Below the pieces are notes generated by a model. The model was not told the origin of the DNA. It worked only from the letters and a program-made list of their open reading frames with translations, and did no database searches. Below are positions 8,777 to 18,688 of a stretch of DNA of 42,642 bases, piece by piece. Position numbers and translations under genes: made by a program. Source of the stretch: Clostridia bacterium (GTDB lineage: Bacteria > Bacillota > Clostridia > Christensenellales > CAG-1252). Each line of letters opens with the position of its first letter. The stretch's first letter is position 1. The stretch covers positions 1-42,642 of the forward strand of contig JAFSZO010000072.1 of the NCBI GenBank assembly GCA_017455605.1, read 5' to 3'.

Positions 8777-10968
8777 TCGCCGAAGTCATCGTCGACATCT
8801 CCACGAGCGAAATAGACAAGATCTTCGACTACGTCGCGCCGCCCGAACTGGATCTTAGGGCGGGCGATCGGGTCAAGGTCCCCTTCGGCAGACAGCAGAC
8901 CGAAGGCTTTATCGTTAAAATCAAAGAAAACCCCGATACCACCCACGCCTTGAAGTCGGTCACGTCCAAGCTCGACGACTTCACTCCCATCCTGCCCGAA
9001 ATGCTCGAGCTGATGCGCGAGATGAGCCGCGAGTACAATCTGCGTCTCGTGGACGTGCTCCGTCTCTTTATTCCCGCGATGATGCGAGGAGGCAGGATCC
9101 GCGAGATCAAGCGCCACTTCGTGACCCTCGCGGACGGCGTCTCCTACGAGGCGGCGTTGTCCCGTCTCAAGCCGAACGCGGTCAACCAGCGCGGGGTCAT
9201 CGCCTCGCTCGGACAGGGCGGCGAATGGGCGGCGATCCTCGGGGAAGAGTACGGTTTTTCCGCCGTTTCCGCCCTCGCGGAGAAGGGACTGGTCAAGGTG
9301 ACCGAGGTCACCAAGCGCCGTCGTCCCGCTCTCCGTCCCGTGGAGGACAAGCGCGTCACCTTGAACGACGAACAGGCGGCGGCAGCGCGCGAGATCATGC
9401 ACGGGGACAAGGACAGCTATCTCCTTTTCGGCGTGACGGGCAGCGGCAAGACCGAGATCTATCTCGAATGCATCGAGGAGGTCCTCTCGGCGGGCAAGAC
9501 CGCGATCATGCTCGTGCCGGAGATCTCCCTGACGCCGCAGATGATGGGACGCTTCCGCGCTCGTTTCGGCGACAAGGTCGCGGTGCTCCACAGCGGGCTG
9601 TCCGACGGCGAACGCTACGACGAGTGGCTCCGTCTCTTGCGCGGCGACGCCGTGATCGCGATCGGCGCCCGTTCGGCGGTGTTTGCGCCCCTTCGTAACG
9701 TCGGCATTATCATCATCGACGAGGAGCACGACGGCAGCTATATCAGCGAGAACAATCCTCGCTACGTCACCTCCGAGGTCGCGGAGTTGCGCCGCGCCTA
9801 CAACGGCGCAAAACTCGTGGTCGGCAGCGCGACGCCCGCTCTCGAGACCTTTAAAAAGGCGCGGGAGGGCAAGCTCGGCCTCATCACGCTCAAGAACCGC
9901 GTGAACGGCACGGGAATGCCCGAGATCTGCGTCGTGGATATGTGCGCCGAACTCCGAGGGGGCAACAACGGTTTTCTGTCGGAGGAGCTCGCCGAACGCC
10001 TCGAGCAGACCCTCGCGGACGGCAACCAAAGCATGATCTTTCTCAATCGTCGCGGCTTCGCTTCCTTTATGATCTGCCGCAAGTGCGGGCACGTGATGAA
10101 GTGCGAGGATTGCGACGTCTCGCTGACCTGGCACAAGGAGGACAACCTCCTGAAATGCCACTACTGCGGCAAACCGTACGCCGTGCCGAACAAATGCCCC
10201 GCCTGCGGCGAGACCGATATGCGCCTCGGCAGGGTGGGCACGGAACGGGTGATCGAGGAGCTGCATCGTCGCTTCCCTTCGGCGCGCACCCTTCGTATGG
10301 ACAAGGATACGACCCGCAAGAAGGGCAGTTACGACGAGATCCTCTCCGCGTTCCGTATGGGCGAAGCGGATATCCTCGTCGGCACGCAGATGATCGTGAA
10401 GGGGCACGATTTCCCCAACGTGACCCTCGTCGGCATCCTCGACGCGGATATGAGCCTCTACTACGAGGACTACCACAGCGCGGAGCGCACCTATCAGCTC
10501 GTGTCGCAGATGAGCGGCAGAGCGGGCAGGGCGGACAAGGCGGGCGTCGTGGTCTTGCAGACCTATTCGCCGCGCCACTACGTCTTCCTCTATGCGAAAG
10601 AGAACGATTACGAAGGCTTTTTCCGCAAGGAGATCAACGTGCGGGAGGTCACGAATTTCCCGCCTTTTACCAAGATCGTTCGCGTTCTCACGATGAGCGA
10701 GGACGAGGAGCGCGCCCTCGGCTTGACCAAGGAAATGCTCGCCAAGATCCGCGCCTACCAAAAGGAAGCGCCCGAGCGCTTCGTCTCGGTCTCGGGGATG
10801 AAGTCTCCCGTCAAAAGGATCGAGAATAAATACCGCTATCAGATCATTATGCGCCTGACGCGAGAGGAGGAATCGGATACCCTATCCCACGTCTATGACA
10901 TCGTCAACGCGCAGGAGAAAAAGAACGCTACCGTATTCGTGGAGATCAATCCGCAAAATATGAATTGA
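8773..10968 (+). CDS. priA: Primosomal protein N' (replication restart helicase)
   Basis: GVTGSGKTEIY, DEEH, SATP, four CxxC zinc motifs, GTQMIVKGHDFPNV. Confidence 0.97.
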   Translation: MIAEVIVDISTSEIDKIFDYVAPPELDLRAGDRVKVPFGRQQTEGFIVKIKENPDTTHALKSVTSKLDDFTPILPEMLELMREMSREYNLRLVDVLRLFIPAMMRGGRIREIKRHFVTLADGVSYEAALSRLKPNAVNQRGVIASLGQGGEWAAILGEEYGFSAVSALAEKGLVKVTEVTKRRRPALRPVEDKRVTLNDEQAAAAREIMHGDKDSYLLFGVTGSGKTEIYLECIEEVLSAGKTAIMLVPEISLTPQMMGRFRARFGDKVAVLHSGLSDGERYDEWLRLLRGDAVIAIGARSAVFAPLRNVGIIIIDEEHDGSYISENNPRYVTSEVAELRRAYNGAKLVVGSATPALETFKKAREGKLGLITLKNRVNGTGMPEICVVDMCAELRGGNNGFLSEELAERLEQTLADGNQSMIFLNRRGFASFMICRKCGHVMKCEDCDVSLTWHKEDNLLKCHYCGKPYAVPNKCPACGETDMRLGRVGTERVIEELHRRFPSARTLRMDKDTTRKKGSYDEILSAFRMGEADILVGTQMIVKGHDFPNVTLVGILDADMSLYYEDYHSAERTYQLVSQMSGRAGRADKAGVVVLQTYSPRHYVFLYAKENDYEGFFRKEINVREVTNFPPFTKIVRVLTMSEDEERALGLTKEMLAKIRAYQKEAPERFVSVSGMKSPVKRIENKYRYQIIMRLTREEESDTLSHVYDIVNAQEKKNATVFVEINPQNMN

Positions 10969-10983
10969 CAAAGGAGAAGCACC

Positions 10984-11451
10984 ATGGCACTTCGCGAGAT
11001 CGTGAAAGACGGCGACCCGTTACTCAGAAAGAAATCCCATCCCGTCGAGAAATTCGACGGCAAGCTCCACGCCCTTTTGGACGATATGCTCCAGACGATG
11101 CGCGCCTCGGATGGCGTAGGTATCGCCGCGCCGCAGGTCGGCATTCTTCGCCGTGCGGTGATCTGCGAGCTCGAGGTACCGGACAAGGAGGAGGGGGAGA
11201 TCCTCGAACTCATCAACCCCGTCATCACCGAGAAGTCGGGAGAGCAGGTCGGCGCCGAAGGGTGCCTGTCCGTCCCCGGCAAGCGGTGCGACGTCCGTCG
11301 CCCGATGCGCGTCGCAGTGACCTTTTTCGATCGCTTCGGCAAGGAACATCATCGGGTCTTCGAGGGGTTTAATGCCGTAGTCGCTTCGCACGAGATCGAC
11401 CACCTCTTCGGCATCCTCTTTTATGACAAAGCGGTCAAGACGGATCAGTAA
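10984..11451 (+). CDS. def: Peptide deformylase
   Basis: GVGIAAPQVG, EGCLS, HEIDH motifs. Confidence 0.96.
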   Translation: MALREIVKDGDPLLRKKSHPVEKFDGKLHALLDDMLQTMRASDGVGIAAPQVGILRRAVICELEVPDKEEGEILELINPVITEKSGEQVGAEGCLSVPGKRCDVRRPMRVAVTFFDRFGKEHHRVFEGFNAVVASHEIDHLFGILFYDKAVKTDQ

Positions 11452-11460
11452 GGAGGCACT

Positions 11461-12375
11461 ATGAGAGTTCTTTTCCTCGGCACTCCGGATTTTGCCGTTC
11501 CCTCGCTTCGTGCGATCCACGCTTCGGATCACGAACTGATCGGCGTCGTCACCCAGCCCGACAGGCAGGGCAAACGTTTGGCGCTCACCCCGCCTCCCGT
11601 CAAGGTCGAGGCGGCGGCTCTCGGATTGCCCGTTTATCAGTTCGAGAGCCTACGAAAGGAGGGGGTGGATCTCGTTCGCTCTCTCGCGCCCGACGTAATG
11701 GTCACCGCCGCGTTCGGACAGATCCTCTCGCAGGAGATTCTCGATATACCCAAGTACGGTGTTTTCAACGTGCACGGCTCTCTGTTGCCCGCTCACCGCG
11801 GCGCTTCTCCCATTCAGGCGAGCCTGCTCGCGGGGGACGAGGTCACGGGCGTTACGATCATGCGTACCGCGCTCGCGGTGGACAGCGGCGACGTTATCTT
11901 GAGGAAGCCGTTGCCCATCTTCCCCGACGACACCGCGGGGACCCTCTTCGATAAACTCGCCGTCCTCGGCGCGGAGGGGATCGTCGAGGCGCTCGACCGC
12001 CTGAAGCGCGGCGTCATCACTTACACCCCGCAGGATCACGCAGCGGCGACGTTTTGCAAGATGATCACCAAGGCGGACGGCGAGATATTGCCTTCGCTCT
12101 CCGCGGTCCTCGCTTCGCGTATGATCCGCGCGTTCGATCCTTGGCCCGTCGCCTTTCTGACGGTCGAAGGGGAGCGCTTACGTCTCTTCGGCTCCGAGGT
12201 GATCCCCGCCGAAGGAGCGGCGGGCACCTTCTTTGAGAGAGAGGGCGATCTTTGCTTGAATCTCGCGCAAGGGGCGCTTCGCCTCAAAGAGGTGCAGGCG
12301 GAGGGGAAAAAGCGTATGAGCGGCGCGGACTACCTGCGCGGTCATGCGGCGATCCTCGGTAAACGGATCGGATGA
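11461..12375 (+). CDS. fmt: Methionyl-tRNA formyltransferase
   Basis: FLGTPDFA, VVTQPDR, NVHGSLLPAHRGASPIQ; follows def. Confidence 0.96.
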   Translation: MRVLFLGTPDFAVPSLRAIHASDHELIGVVTQPDRQGKRLALTPPPVKVEAAALGLPVYQFESLRKEGVDLVRSLAPDVMVTAAFGQILSQEILDIPKYGVFNVHGSLLPAHRGASPIQASLLAGDEVTGVTIMRTALAVDSGDVILRKPLPIFPDDTAGTLFDKLAVLGAEGIVEALDRLKRGVITYTPQDHAAATFCKMITKADGEILPSLSAVLASRMIRAFDPWPVAFLTVEGERLRLFGSEVIPAEGAAGTFFEREGDLCLNLAQGALRLKEVQAEGKKRMSGADYLRGHAAILGKRIG

Positions 12376-13595
12376 AGGGTCTCGTCGAAGCGTATCGCGC
12401 CTTGACCGACGTCTATCAGGGAGGCGCTTGGGTCGACGAGTCGATCCGCAAGCAGGGCGCGCCCCTATTCGATAACAAGGGGGCGTTTCGTCTCGTGTAC
12501 GGGGTCGTGGAGCACACCTATCTGTACGACCATCGTCTCACGCGACTGACCGAACGCCCGCCCAAACCTTCCGTGCGGTTGCTTGCCAAAATGGGGATGT
12601 ATCTCCTTGACGATTCCTCTCTCCCCGCCCACGCGGTCGTGAACGACATCGCGGAGACGGCGAAGAAGGTGGGCAAGGGCGGCGTGGTCGGGTTCCTGAA
12701 CGCGCTGCTGCGTCGCTATGCTGCGGTAGGCAAAGAACTTATGCCCGTCGATCCCGACGAACTGCTGTCCGTTCGGGCGAATCTGCCCCTTGATCTCGTC
12801 CGCCTCTACGTCAAAGAATGCGGCAGAGAGGGCGCGGAGCGTCGTCTCCTCGTCTCGCGCAGGACCGATACCCACGTTCGTCCCGCTTTTGCCTTTGGCA
12901 AAGAAAGGCTCGCGGAGACGTTGCGGGAACGGGGGATTGCCTACGTAGAAACGCCGCACGGCTTTTACCTGCGGTCGGTCGGCGAGATCGTCGACCTTTT
13001 GAACGAAGGCAAAGCGACGGTGATGTCCTACGGCAGCGCGGAGGTCGCCTCCGCCGTCCCCTATGCGGGCGGTGAGATCCTCGATCTGTGCGCCGCGCCG
13101 GGAGGCAAGAGCGTGTACCTCGCCGAGAAATACGCCGCCCCCGTTCTCGCTTGCGACCTGCACGAGCATCGCGTTCAGTTGATCGAATCGTACGCGGCGC
13201 GTATGCACGCCTCGAACGTGACCGCGACTCGGGCGGACGGCACCGTCCTTCGCGAGGAATGGCGGGATCGATTCTCTACCGTCCTCCTCGACGCGCCTTG
13301 CTCGGGGCTCGGCTCCCTCGGGACCAATGCGGACGTCGCCTTGCATCGCACGGTCTCTGAGATCGAGTCGTTGAGGGCGACCCAGTCTCGGCTCATTCGC
13401 AACGCGGGCGAATACGTTCGCCGCGGCGGCTGCCTTGTGTACGCCACTTGCTCCGATCTCCCCTCCGAGGACGAGGACGTCGTGCGTGATTTTCTGTCGG
13501 AAAACGCCGCATTCTCTCTCGAAAAGGAGTGTCCCGTCGACCCCGAGAAATGCGGCGGCGACGCCTACTACTACGCGATATTGAGGAAGGTATGA
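12372..13595 (+). CDS. rsmB: 16S rRNA m5C967 methyltransferase (RsmB/Sun), divergent
   Basis: NusB-like N-terminus (GFLNALLR), DLCAAPGGKS, DAPCSG, YATCS; follows fmt. Confidence 0.88.
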   Translation: MKGLVEAYRALTDVYQGGAWVDESIRKQGAPLFDNKGAFRLVYGVVEHTYLYDHRLTRLTERPPKPSVRLLAKMGMYLLDDSSLPAHAVVNDIAETAKKVGKGGVVGFLNALLRRYAAVGKELMPVDPDELLSVRANLPLDLVRLYVKECGREGAERRLLVSRRTDTHVRPAFAFGKERLAETLRERGIAYVETPHGFYLRSVGEIVDLLNEGKATVMSYGSAEVASAVPYAGGEILDLCAAPGGKSVYLAEKYAAPVLACDLHEHRVQLIESYAARMHASNVTATRADGTVLREEWRDRFSTVLLDAPCSGLGSLGTNADVALHRTVSEIESLRATQSRLIRNAGEYVRRGGCLVYATCSDLPSEDEDVVRDFLSENAAFSLEKECPVDPEKCGGDAYYYAILRKV

Positions 13596-14641
13596 AACTG
13601 CTGACCGATCTGGATCTCTCCGAATTGAAACAGCTGATGTCCGCCTACGGCGAACCCGCTTTTCGCGCGGATCAGCTGTATCTGAATCTCTACGCGGGCA
13701 AGGACTACCCCGAGATGACCAACGTCGGCAAAGCCTTGAAGGAGCGCCTTGCCGCGGACGGGTATCTCGCGGTCGGAGCCTCCATACTCGAATCCCACAC
13801 TTCCAAAGAGGACGGTACCGTGAAGTTCCTCTTCTCCCTCGCGGACGGCAACGTCGTCGAGGGGGTGCTGATGCGCTACAAATACGGCAACACCCTTTGC
13901 GTCTCCACGCAGGTCGGTTGCCGCATGAATTGCGCCTTTTGCGCCTCGGGGCTGGAAGGACTGAAGCGCAATCTCTCCGCGGGCGAGATCCTCGGTGAGG
14001 TCATCGCCGCCAATCGCTTTGACGGCGGCACCCTCGCGGATCGCCGTGTCACCAACGTCGTGCTGATGGGGAGCGGGGAGCCTCTGGACAACTACGACAA
14101 CGTCGTGAAGTTCCTGCGCCTCGTGAACGCCGAAAAGGGGCTGAATATCAGCTATCGCAACATCTCTCTCTCGACCTGCGGGTTGATCGACGCCTTCGAT
14201 CACTTCCTCGAGGAGGACATTCCCGTCACGATGACCTTCTCGCTCCACTCGGCGATCGACGAGGTCCGATCCCGCATCATGCCCGTGAATAAGAAATACG
14301 GGGTGGCGCGTGTCGTGGACGCCGCGAAACGCTATTTCGCTCGCACGTCCCGCCGCGTCGTCTTCGAGTATTCCCTCATCAAAGGGGTGAACGATCGCGA
14401 GGAAGACGCCGCCGCGCTGATCGCCGCGGTGAAGGGATTCCCGTGCATCGTGAATCTGATCGTCTTGAACTACGTCAAGGAACGCGGGCTGGCGGGGACG
14501 TCGCGTAAGGACGCCTACCGCTTCGCCGCCACGCTGGAGAAGGGGGGCGTTTCCGCCACCGTTCGTCGCACGATGGGCGCCGACATCGAGGGCGCTTGCG
14601 GACAGCTCCGCGCCAAATATATCAAGAATACCAACCGATAA
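13592..14641 (+). CDS. rlmN: 23S rRNA A2503 C2-methyltransferase (radical SAM)
   Basis: STQVGCRMNCAFCAS, MGSGEP, GACGQL; ATG 13592 overlaps the rsmB stop. Confidence 0.95.
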   Translation: MKLLTDLDLSELKQLMSAYGEPAFRADQLYLNLYAGKDYPEMTNVGKALKERLAADGYLAVGASILESHTSKEDGTVKFLFSLADGNVVEGVLMRYKYGNTLCVSTQVGCRMNCAFCASGLEGLKRNLSAGEILGEVIAANRFDGGTLADRRVTNVVLMGSGEPLDNYDNVVKFLRLVNAEKGLNISYRNISLSTCGLIDAFDHFLEEDIPVTMTFSLHSAIDEVRSRIMPVNKKYGVARVVDAAKRYFARTSRRVVFEYSLIKGVNDREEDAAALIAAVKGFPCIVNLIVLNYVKERGLAGTSRKDAYRFAATLEKGGVSATVRRTMGADIEGACGQLRAKYIKNTNR

Positions 14642-14655
14642 CAGGAGGAAAAACT

Positions 14656-15306
14656 ATGAGTAATTGCAGGATCGCACCGTCTATTTTGTCCGGAAACTTC
14701 GCCGCGATGGGCGAGACCGTCGCGAACGTCGAGAAATGGGGCGCCGACCTCGTGCACTGTGACGTGATGGACGGCGTTTTCGTGCCGAATATCACCTTCG
14801 GGATGCCGATGATCAAGGCGATCCGTCCTCATACGACTCTCCCGCTCGACGTGCATCTGATGATTGTCGAACCCGAGAAATACGTCGAGCGTTTTTGCGA
14901 TTCGGGCGCGGATATCGTGACCTTCCATCCCGAGGCGAGCAAGGATCCCCGCGCCGCCCTCCTCGCGATCAAGGCGAAAGGGAAGAAATGCGGTTTGGTA
15001 GTGAATCCCGACAAAGGCTTTGACCTCGTCGAGCCCTATATGGATCTTGTCGATATGATCGTGCTGATGGGGGTGTTCCCGGGCTTCGGCGGACAGTCTT
15101 ACATCGAGAGTGTGTCGGACAACATCGTCCTCTTCGCGCGAAAGATCGCGGAGTCGGGCAGGGCGATCGCCCTCGAACTGGACGGCGGCGTGACCGAGAC
15201 CAACGCGGCGCGTTTCCGTTCGCTCGGCGTCACGGTGCTCGTTGCGGGCAGCGCCACCTTTAAAGCGGCGGATCCCGAGCAGGCGATCAAGGTGATGCGC
15301 GGATGA
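14656..15306 (+). CDS. rpe: Ribulose-phosphate 3-epimerase
   Basis: IAPSILS, HCDVMDGVFVPNITFG, DVHLM, PGFGGQ, DGGV; AGGAGG RBS. Confidence 0.96.
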   Translation: MSNCRIAPSILSGNFAAMGETVANVEKWGADLVHCDVMDGVFVPNITFGMPMIKAIRPHTTLPLDVHLMIVEPEKYVERFCDSGADIVTFHPEASKDPRAALLAIKAKGKKCGLVVNPDKGFDLVEPYMDLVDMIVLMGVFPGFGGQSYIESVSDNIVLFARKIAESGRAIALELDGGVTETNAARFRSLGVTVLVAGSATFKAADPEQAIKVMRG

Positions 15307-15899
15307 AGAGGGGCGCTCTCATCCTCTCCCAACCTTTTGAGCGGTATTCTCCCGCTCCTTTCGTGATCGCGGCGGACGCCGGCTACCTTCGCGCTCTGGA
15401 GAAAGGCATTCACCCCGATCTCCTCGTCGGCGATCTGGACAGCCTCGGACGCGCGCCCGAGGGCGTTGAGGTCGTCACCGTTCCCGTCGAGAAGGATTTC
15501 TCGGACGGAGAACTCGGCGTCCGTCAAGCGGCGCTTTGTAACCTATCCGCACTCGATATCTACGGCGCCATCGGCGGCAGACCCGATCACTTCCTTTACA
15601 ATTTACACTTATTAAAACTTGCCTCCGATCTCGGCATTCGCGCCGTGATCCGAGGTGATCGCACGGATATTTATTACACGGAAAACACTTTGCTGCTCGA
15701 CGTTGCCGTCGGCGACACCCTCTCTCTCGTACCTTTCGGGGGCGACGCGCATATACTACAAGCGACGGGGCTGTATTATCCCGCCGAGGGCGTGACCTTG
15801 ACCTCGAAAGATACGCTCGGCTTATCCAACCGTTGCGTTGCGCCCTGCGTGTTTTTACGGGTAGAGGGCGGCGTCCTCGCCGTGCATACGTCGAAGTAG
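15303..15899 (+). CDS. thiN: Thiamine pyrophosphokinase
   Basis: IAADAG, VGDLDS, EKDFSD, GAIGGRPDH, GLSN; follows rpe. Confidence 0.9.
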   Translation: MKRGALILSQPFERYSPAPFVIAADAGYLRALEKGIHPDLLVGDLDSLGRAPEGVEVVTVPVEKDFSDGELGVRQAALCNLSALDIYGAIGGRPDHFLYNLHLLKLASDLGIRAVIRGDRTDIYYTENTLLLDVAVGDTLSLVPFGGDAHILQATGLYYPAEGVTLTSKDTLGLSNRCVAPCVFLRVEGGVLAVHTSK

Positions 15900-15911
15900 G
15901 AGGTGTTTTCT

Positions 15912-16004
15912 TTGAGAATGTATTGTTTTAACCCGCCGCATTTCGTGAAGGCGGCGCTCAGATTTCTGTGCGGAAAGATCGGGAAGAAATATACTCACAA
16001 GTAG
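15912..16004 (+). CDS. spoVM: SpoVM-like 30-aa spore morphogenetic peptide (not in ORF track)
   Basis: GGAGGTG RBS (15899-15905) then TTG start; MRMYCFNPPHFVKAALRFLCGKIGKKYTHK shares Y4, P9, F11, R17 with B. subtilis SpoVM; same thiN-spoVM-rpmB position. Confidence 0.75.
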   Translation: MRMYCFNPPHFVKAALRFLCGKIGKKYTHK

Positions 16005-16127
16005 AATATTCTACAAAATAATCCCTATTTCGTGTATTTACGCATATCAAGATCGAATGGATACGCCTTGCGTAGGGCGGGGAAGTGTCTCTCGGAGGTT
16101 GTCAGTTCGAGACTCGGATCGAGGTAG

Positions 16128-16154
16128 AAAAAAGGCGTGACCTATGGTCACGCC
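16128..16154 (-). terminator. Rho-independent terminator of rpmB
   Basis: GGCGTGACC-TAT-GGTCACGCC hairpin with A6 on its left (U-tract on minus strand). Confidence 0.8.
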
Positions 16155-16171
16155 CGTTGCTTTTCGATCTC

Positions 16172-16369
16172 TTAGTCCGCCTTTCTCTTGACGGCGCCGT
16201 TTCTCAAGCATCTGGTGCAAACGTACTGTTTGGACACCGTACCCTTCTCATCCACGACGGAAACCTTTTGGATATTCGCGTTCCAATGGGTGGGGGCTTT
16301 GCGATTACTGTGGCTGACGGTGTTTCCCGCCATTTTACCCTTTCCGCAAACGCTGCAAACTCTCGACAT
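16172..16369 (-). CDS. rpmB: 50S ribosomal protein L28 (zinc-ribbon type)
   Basis: MSRVCSVCGK..GNTVSHSNRK..WNANIQ..YVCTRCLR; GGGAGGT RBS. Confidence 0.97.
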   Translation of the reverse strand: MSRVCSVCGKGKMAGNTVSHSNRKAPTHWNANIQKVSVVDEKGTVSKQYVCTRCLRNGAVKRKAD

Positions 16370-16441
16370 ATATCTATACCTCCCGTAACGATCTCACTTG
16401 TGATAGGTGAAAAGGATTTGCCATCCATTCACGACCTAATA

Positions 16442-16470
16442 ACTATATCACGAAAAAAAACGCTTGGCAA
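16442..16470 (-). promoter_or_regulatory. Putative sigma-A promoter of rpmB
   Basis: Minus strand TTGCCA-17 nt-TATAGT with extended TG. Confidence 0.65.
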
Positions 16471-16497
16471 CAGTTTTTACGGATTTTTGAAAATTAG

Positions 16498-16526
16498 TTG
16501 CAAATGCGTTTATAATATTCTATTAT
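16498..16526 (+). promoter_or_regulatory. Putative sigma-A promoter of asp23-DAK2
   Basis: TTGCAA-17 nt-TATTAT, back to back with the rpmB promoter. Confidence 0.6.
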
Positions 16527-16554
16527 TATAGAAAAAGCGATCACGGAGAAGGCT

Positions 16555-16905
16555 ATGGCTGTCATGACCTCGAATAAATACGGCAAGATCCTCGTTTCGG
16601 ACGAAGCCGTCGCGATGTGCGCGCACCGCGCCGCATCCGAGTGTTACGGTGTGATGGAACTGGTTTCCAAAGGTTTCACCGACAGCGTATCTTCTCTTTT
16701 TAAGAAAAATGCCGCCACGAAAGGAGTCAGAGTCACCACAACGGACAATCGCATCTTTATCGATCTGTTCGTCATTTTGAAGGAGGGCGTCCTCGCCGAC
16801 GCTGTATCCGAGTCTCTTCGCTCGGTCGTGACTTACTCCGTCGAGTCTTTCACCGGTATGCGCGTCAAAGCGGTGAACGTCCACGTGGTCGGCACCAAAG
16901 AATAG
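16555..16905 (+). CDS. yloU: Asp23/Gls24 family protein (YloU-like)
   Basis: YGKILVSDEAVA..AASECYGV..KGV..TGMRVKAVNVHV; rpmB-yloU-yloV synteny. Confidence 0.88.
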   Translation: MAVMTSNKYGKILVSDEAVAMCAHRAASECYGVMELVSKGFTDSVSSLFKKNAATKGVRVTTTDNRIFIDLFVILKEGVLADAVSESLRSVVTYSVESFTGMRVKAVNVHVVGTKE

Positions 16906-16914
16906 GAGACAGTA

Positions 16915-18552
16915 ATGATAAAGTCGATCGACGTATCCACGTTACGTAAAATGTTTCTCGGCGCGGCGCAGAACCTCGCCGTTCACGAAGAAGAGATCAA
17001 CGCCCATAACGTATTTCCCGTCCCCGACGGCGACACCGGCACGAATATGTGCGCCACCGCGACCACGGCGGCGCGCGAGCTCGCGGCGATCCCGGACAGG
17101 GACCTCACTTGGAGCAAGTTCGCTTCCGTATTGACCTCGGCGTCCCTTCGGGGCGCGAGGGGCAACAGCGGCGTGATCCTTTCGCAGATCTTCAAGGGGT
17201 TTGCGGACGTAGTCGCGCCCCTCGACACCCTGATGACCACCAAGCTCCTTTCCAAAGCCTTTTTGGAGGCGGCGCGCGTCGCGTACAGCGCGATGGAGAA
17301 GCCGAAAGAGGGCACCATCCTCACCGTGATCCGCGTCGTGGCGGAGGAGTCGGAGAAGGCGGCGAGCGGCAGGAACGCTTGTTTCGAGACGATGCTCCAG
17401 CGCCTGAACGAGAAGGGACAGCAGATCCTCAACGAGACCCCGAATATGCTCCCCGTCCTCAAGAAGGCGGGCGTCGTGGATGCGGGCGGTATGGGACTCA
17501 TGCGCGTGCTCGAAGGGTTTTCCATGGTCGTGGAGGGCAAGGAGATCCCCACGACGGCGATCAAGGTCGCGGTCGAAGAGAACGACGCGGGATTTGCCGC
17601 GGACGTGCACGATCTCGATGAGATCGAGTTCGCCTATTGCACCGAGTTCTTCGTCAAGAACATTCGTCCCCGCGCGACGGAGGCGGATATCGACAAGCTC
17701 CGCGACAAGCTCTCTCGTCTCGGCAACAGTCTGATCTGTATCGGCGATCTCAAACTCGTCAAGGTGCACGTGCACACGAACAACCCCGGTAGGGCGCTCC
17801 AATACGCCCTCGAGCTCGGTGAGCTCGATCGAGTCAAGATCGAGAATATGCTGGAGCAGAATCGCAAGATCAAGGAGGAGATGGAGCGCAACAAAAAGCC
17901 GATCGGTATGGTCAGCGTATGCGCGGGCAGCGGCATCGCGAAGATCTTTAAGGACCTGACCGTGGACGTCATCGTGCAGGGTGGTCAGACGATGAACCCC
18001 AGCGTGAATGAGATCCTCTCGGCGATCAATCGCGTGAATGCGGACAGCGTGATCGTCCTTCCGAACAACAAGAATATCATTCTCGCCGCGCAGAAGGCGC
18101 AGGAGCTCACGGAGCGCCATTGCGTCGTGCTGGATACCGAGAACGTCGCCGCCGGCATCGCCGCCGCGATCGCCTTCGATCCGCAGGCGGACGTGGATCA
18201 AAACGTGGCGCAGATGACCGAGGCGTATCGCGCGGTGACTTGCGCGCAGGTCACCTCGTCGGTGCGCACGACCAAGATGGACGGTCTCTCCCTCTCGAAG
18301 GGCGACATCATCGGTCTCTCGGAGAAAAAGATCCTCGTCAAAGGCAGCGACCTCAATACCGTCACCGTGGACCTCGTCAAAAAGATGAAGATGGACGAAA
18401 TGGACGTGCTCAACGTCTACGCGGGCGAAGAGGTCTCGGAGGCGACCGTCGCGGATCTGACCGAGCGGCTCGGCGAGGTCTGTCCCGATCTCGAGGTGAT
18501 CCCGTATCGCGGCGATCAACCCCATTCCTTCTATATTTTGGCGGCAGAATAA
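16915..18552 (+). CDS. yloV: DAK2-domain fatty acid kinase catalytic subunit (FakA/YloV)
   Basis: NVFPVPDGDTGTNM, GARGNSGVILSQ, EGTILTV, YCTEF, VKVHVHT, GGQTMNPS. Confidence 0.93.
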   Translation: MIKSIDVSTLRKMFLGAAQNLAVHEEEINAHNVFPVPDGDTGTNMCATATTAARELAAIPDRDLTWSKFASVLTSASLRGARGNSGVILSQIFKGFADVVAPLDTLMTTKLLSKAFLEAARVAYSAMEKPKEGTILTVIRVVAEESEKAASGRNACFETMLQRLNEKGQQILNETPNMLPVLKKAGVVDAGGMGLMRVLEGFSMVVEGKEIPTTAIKVAVEENDAGFAADVHDLDEIEFAYCTEFFVKNIRPRATEADIDKLRDKLSRLGNSLICIGDLKLVKVHVHTNNPGRALQYALELGELDRVKIENMLEQNRKIKEEMERNKKPIGMVSVCAGSGIAKIFKDLTVDVIVQGGQTMNPSVNEILSAINRVNADSVIVLPNNKNIILAAQKAQELTERHCVVLDTENVAAGIAAAIAFDPQADVDQNVAQMTEAYRAVTCAQVTSSVRTTKMDGLSLSKGDIIGLSEKKILVKGSDLNTVTVDLVKKMKMDEMDVLNVYAGEEVSEATVADLTERLGEVCPDLEVIPYRGDQPHSFYILAAE

Positions 18553-18570
18553 CTTTTTTCGTAAAAACGG

Positions 18571-18599
18571 TTGCAAAACCTTTTGCGATTTGATATAGT
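18571..18599 (+). promoter_or_regulatory. Sigma-A promoter of tRNA-Gly
   Basis: TTGCAA-17 nt-TATAGT with extended TG, ending 14 nt upstream of the tRNA. Confidence 0.75.
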
Positions 18600-18613
18600 A
18601 ATAGAGCATTCGC

Positions 18614-18688
18614 GCGGGAGTGGCTCAGTGGTAGAGCGTTGCCTTGCCAAGGCAAATGTCGCGGGTCCGAATCCCGTCTCCCGCTCCA
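18614..18688 (+). tRNA. tRNA-Gly (GCC), CCA encoded
   Basis: Acceptor GCGGGAG/CTCCCGC, anticodon arm TTGCC-TTGCCAA-GGCAA, T-arm GCGGG-TCCGAAT-CCCGT, U73-CCA. Confidence 0.95.
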
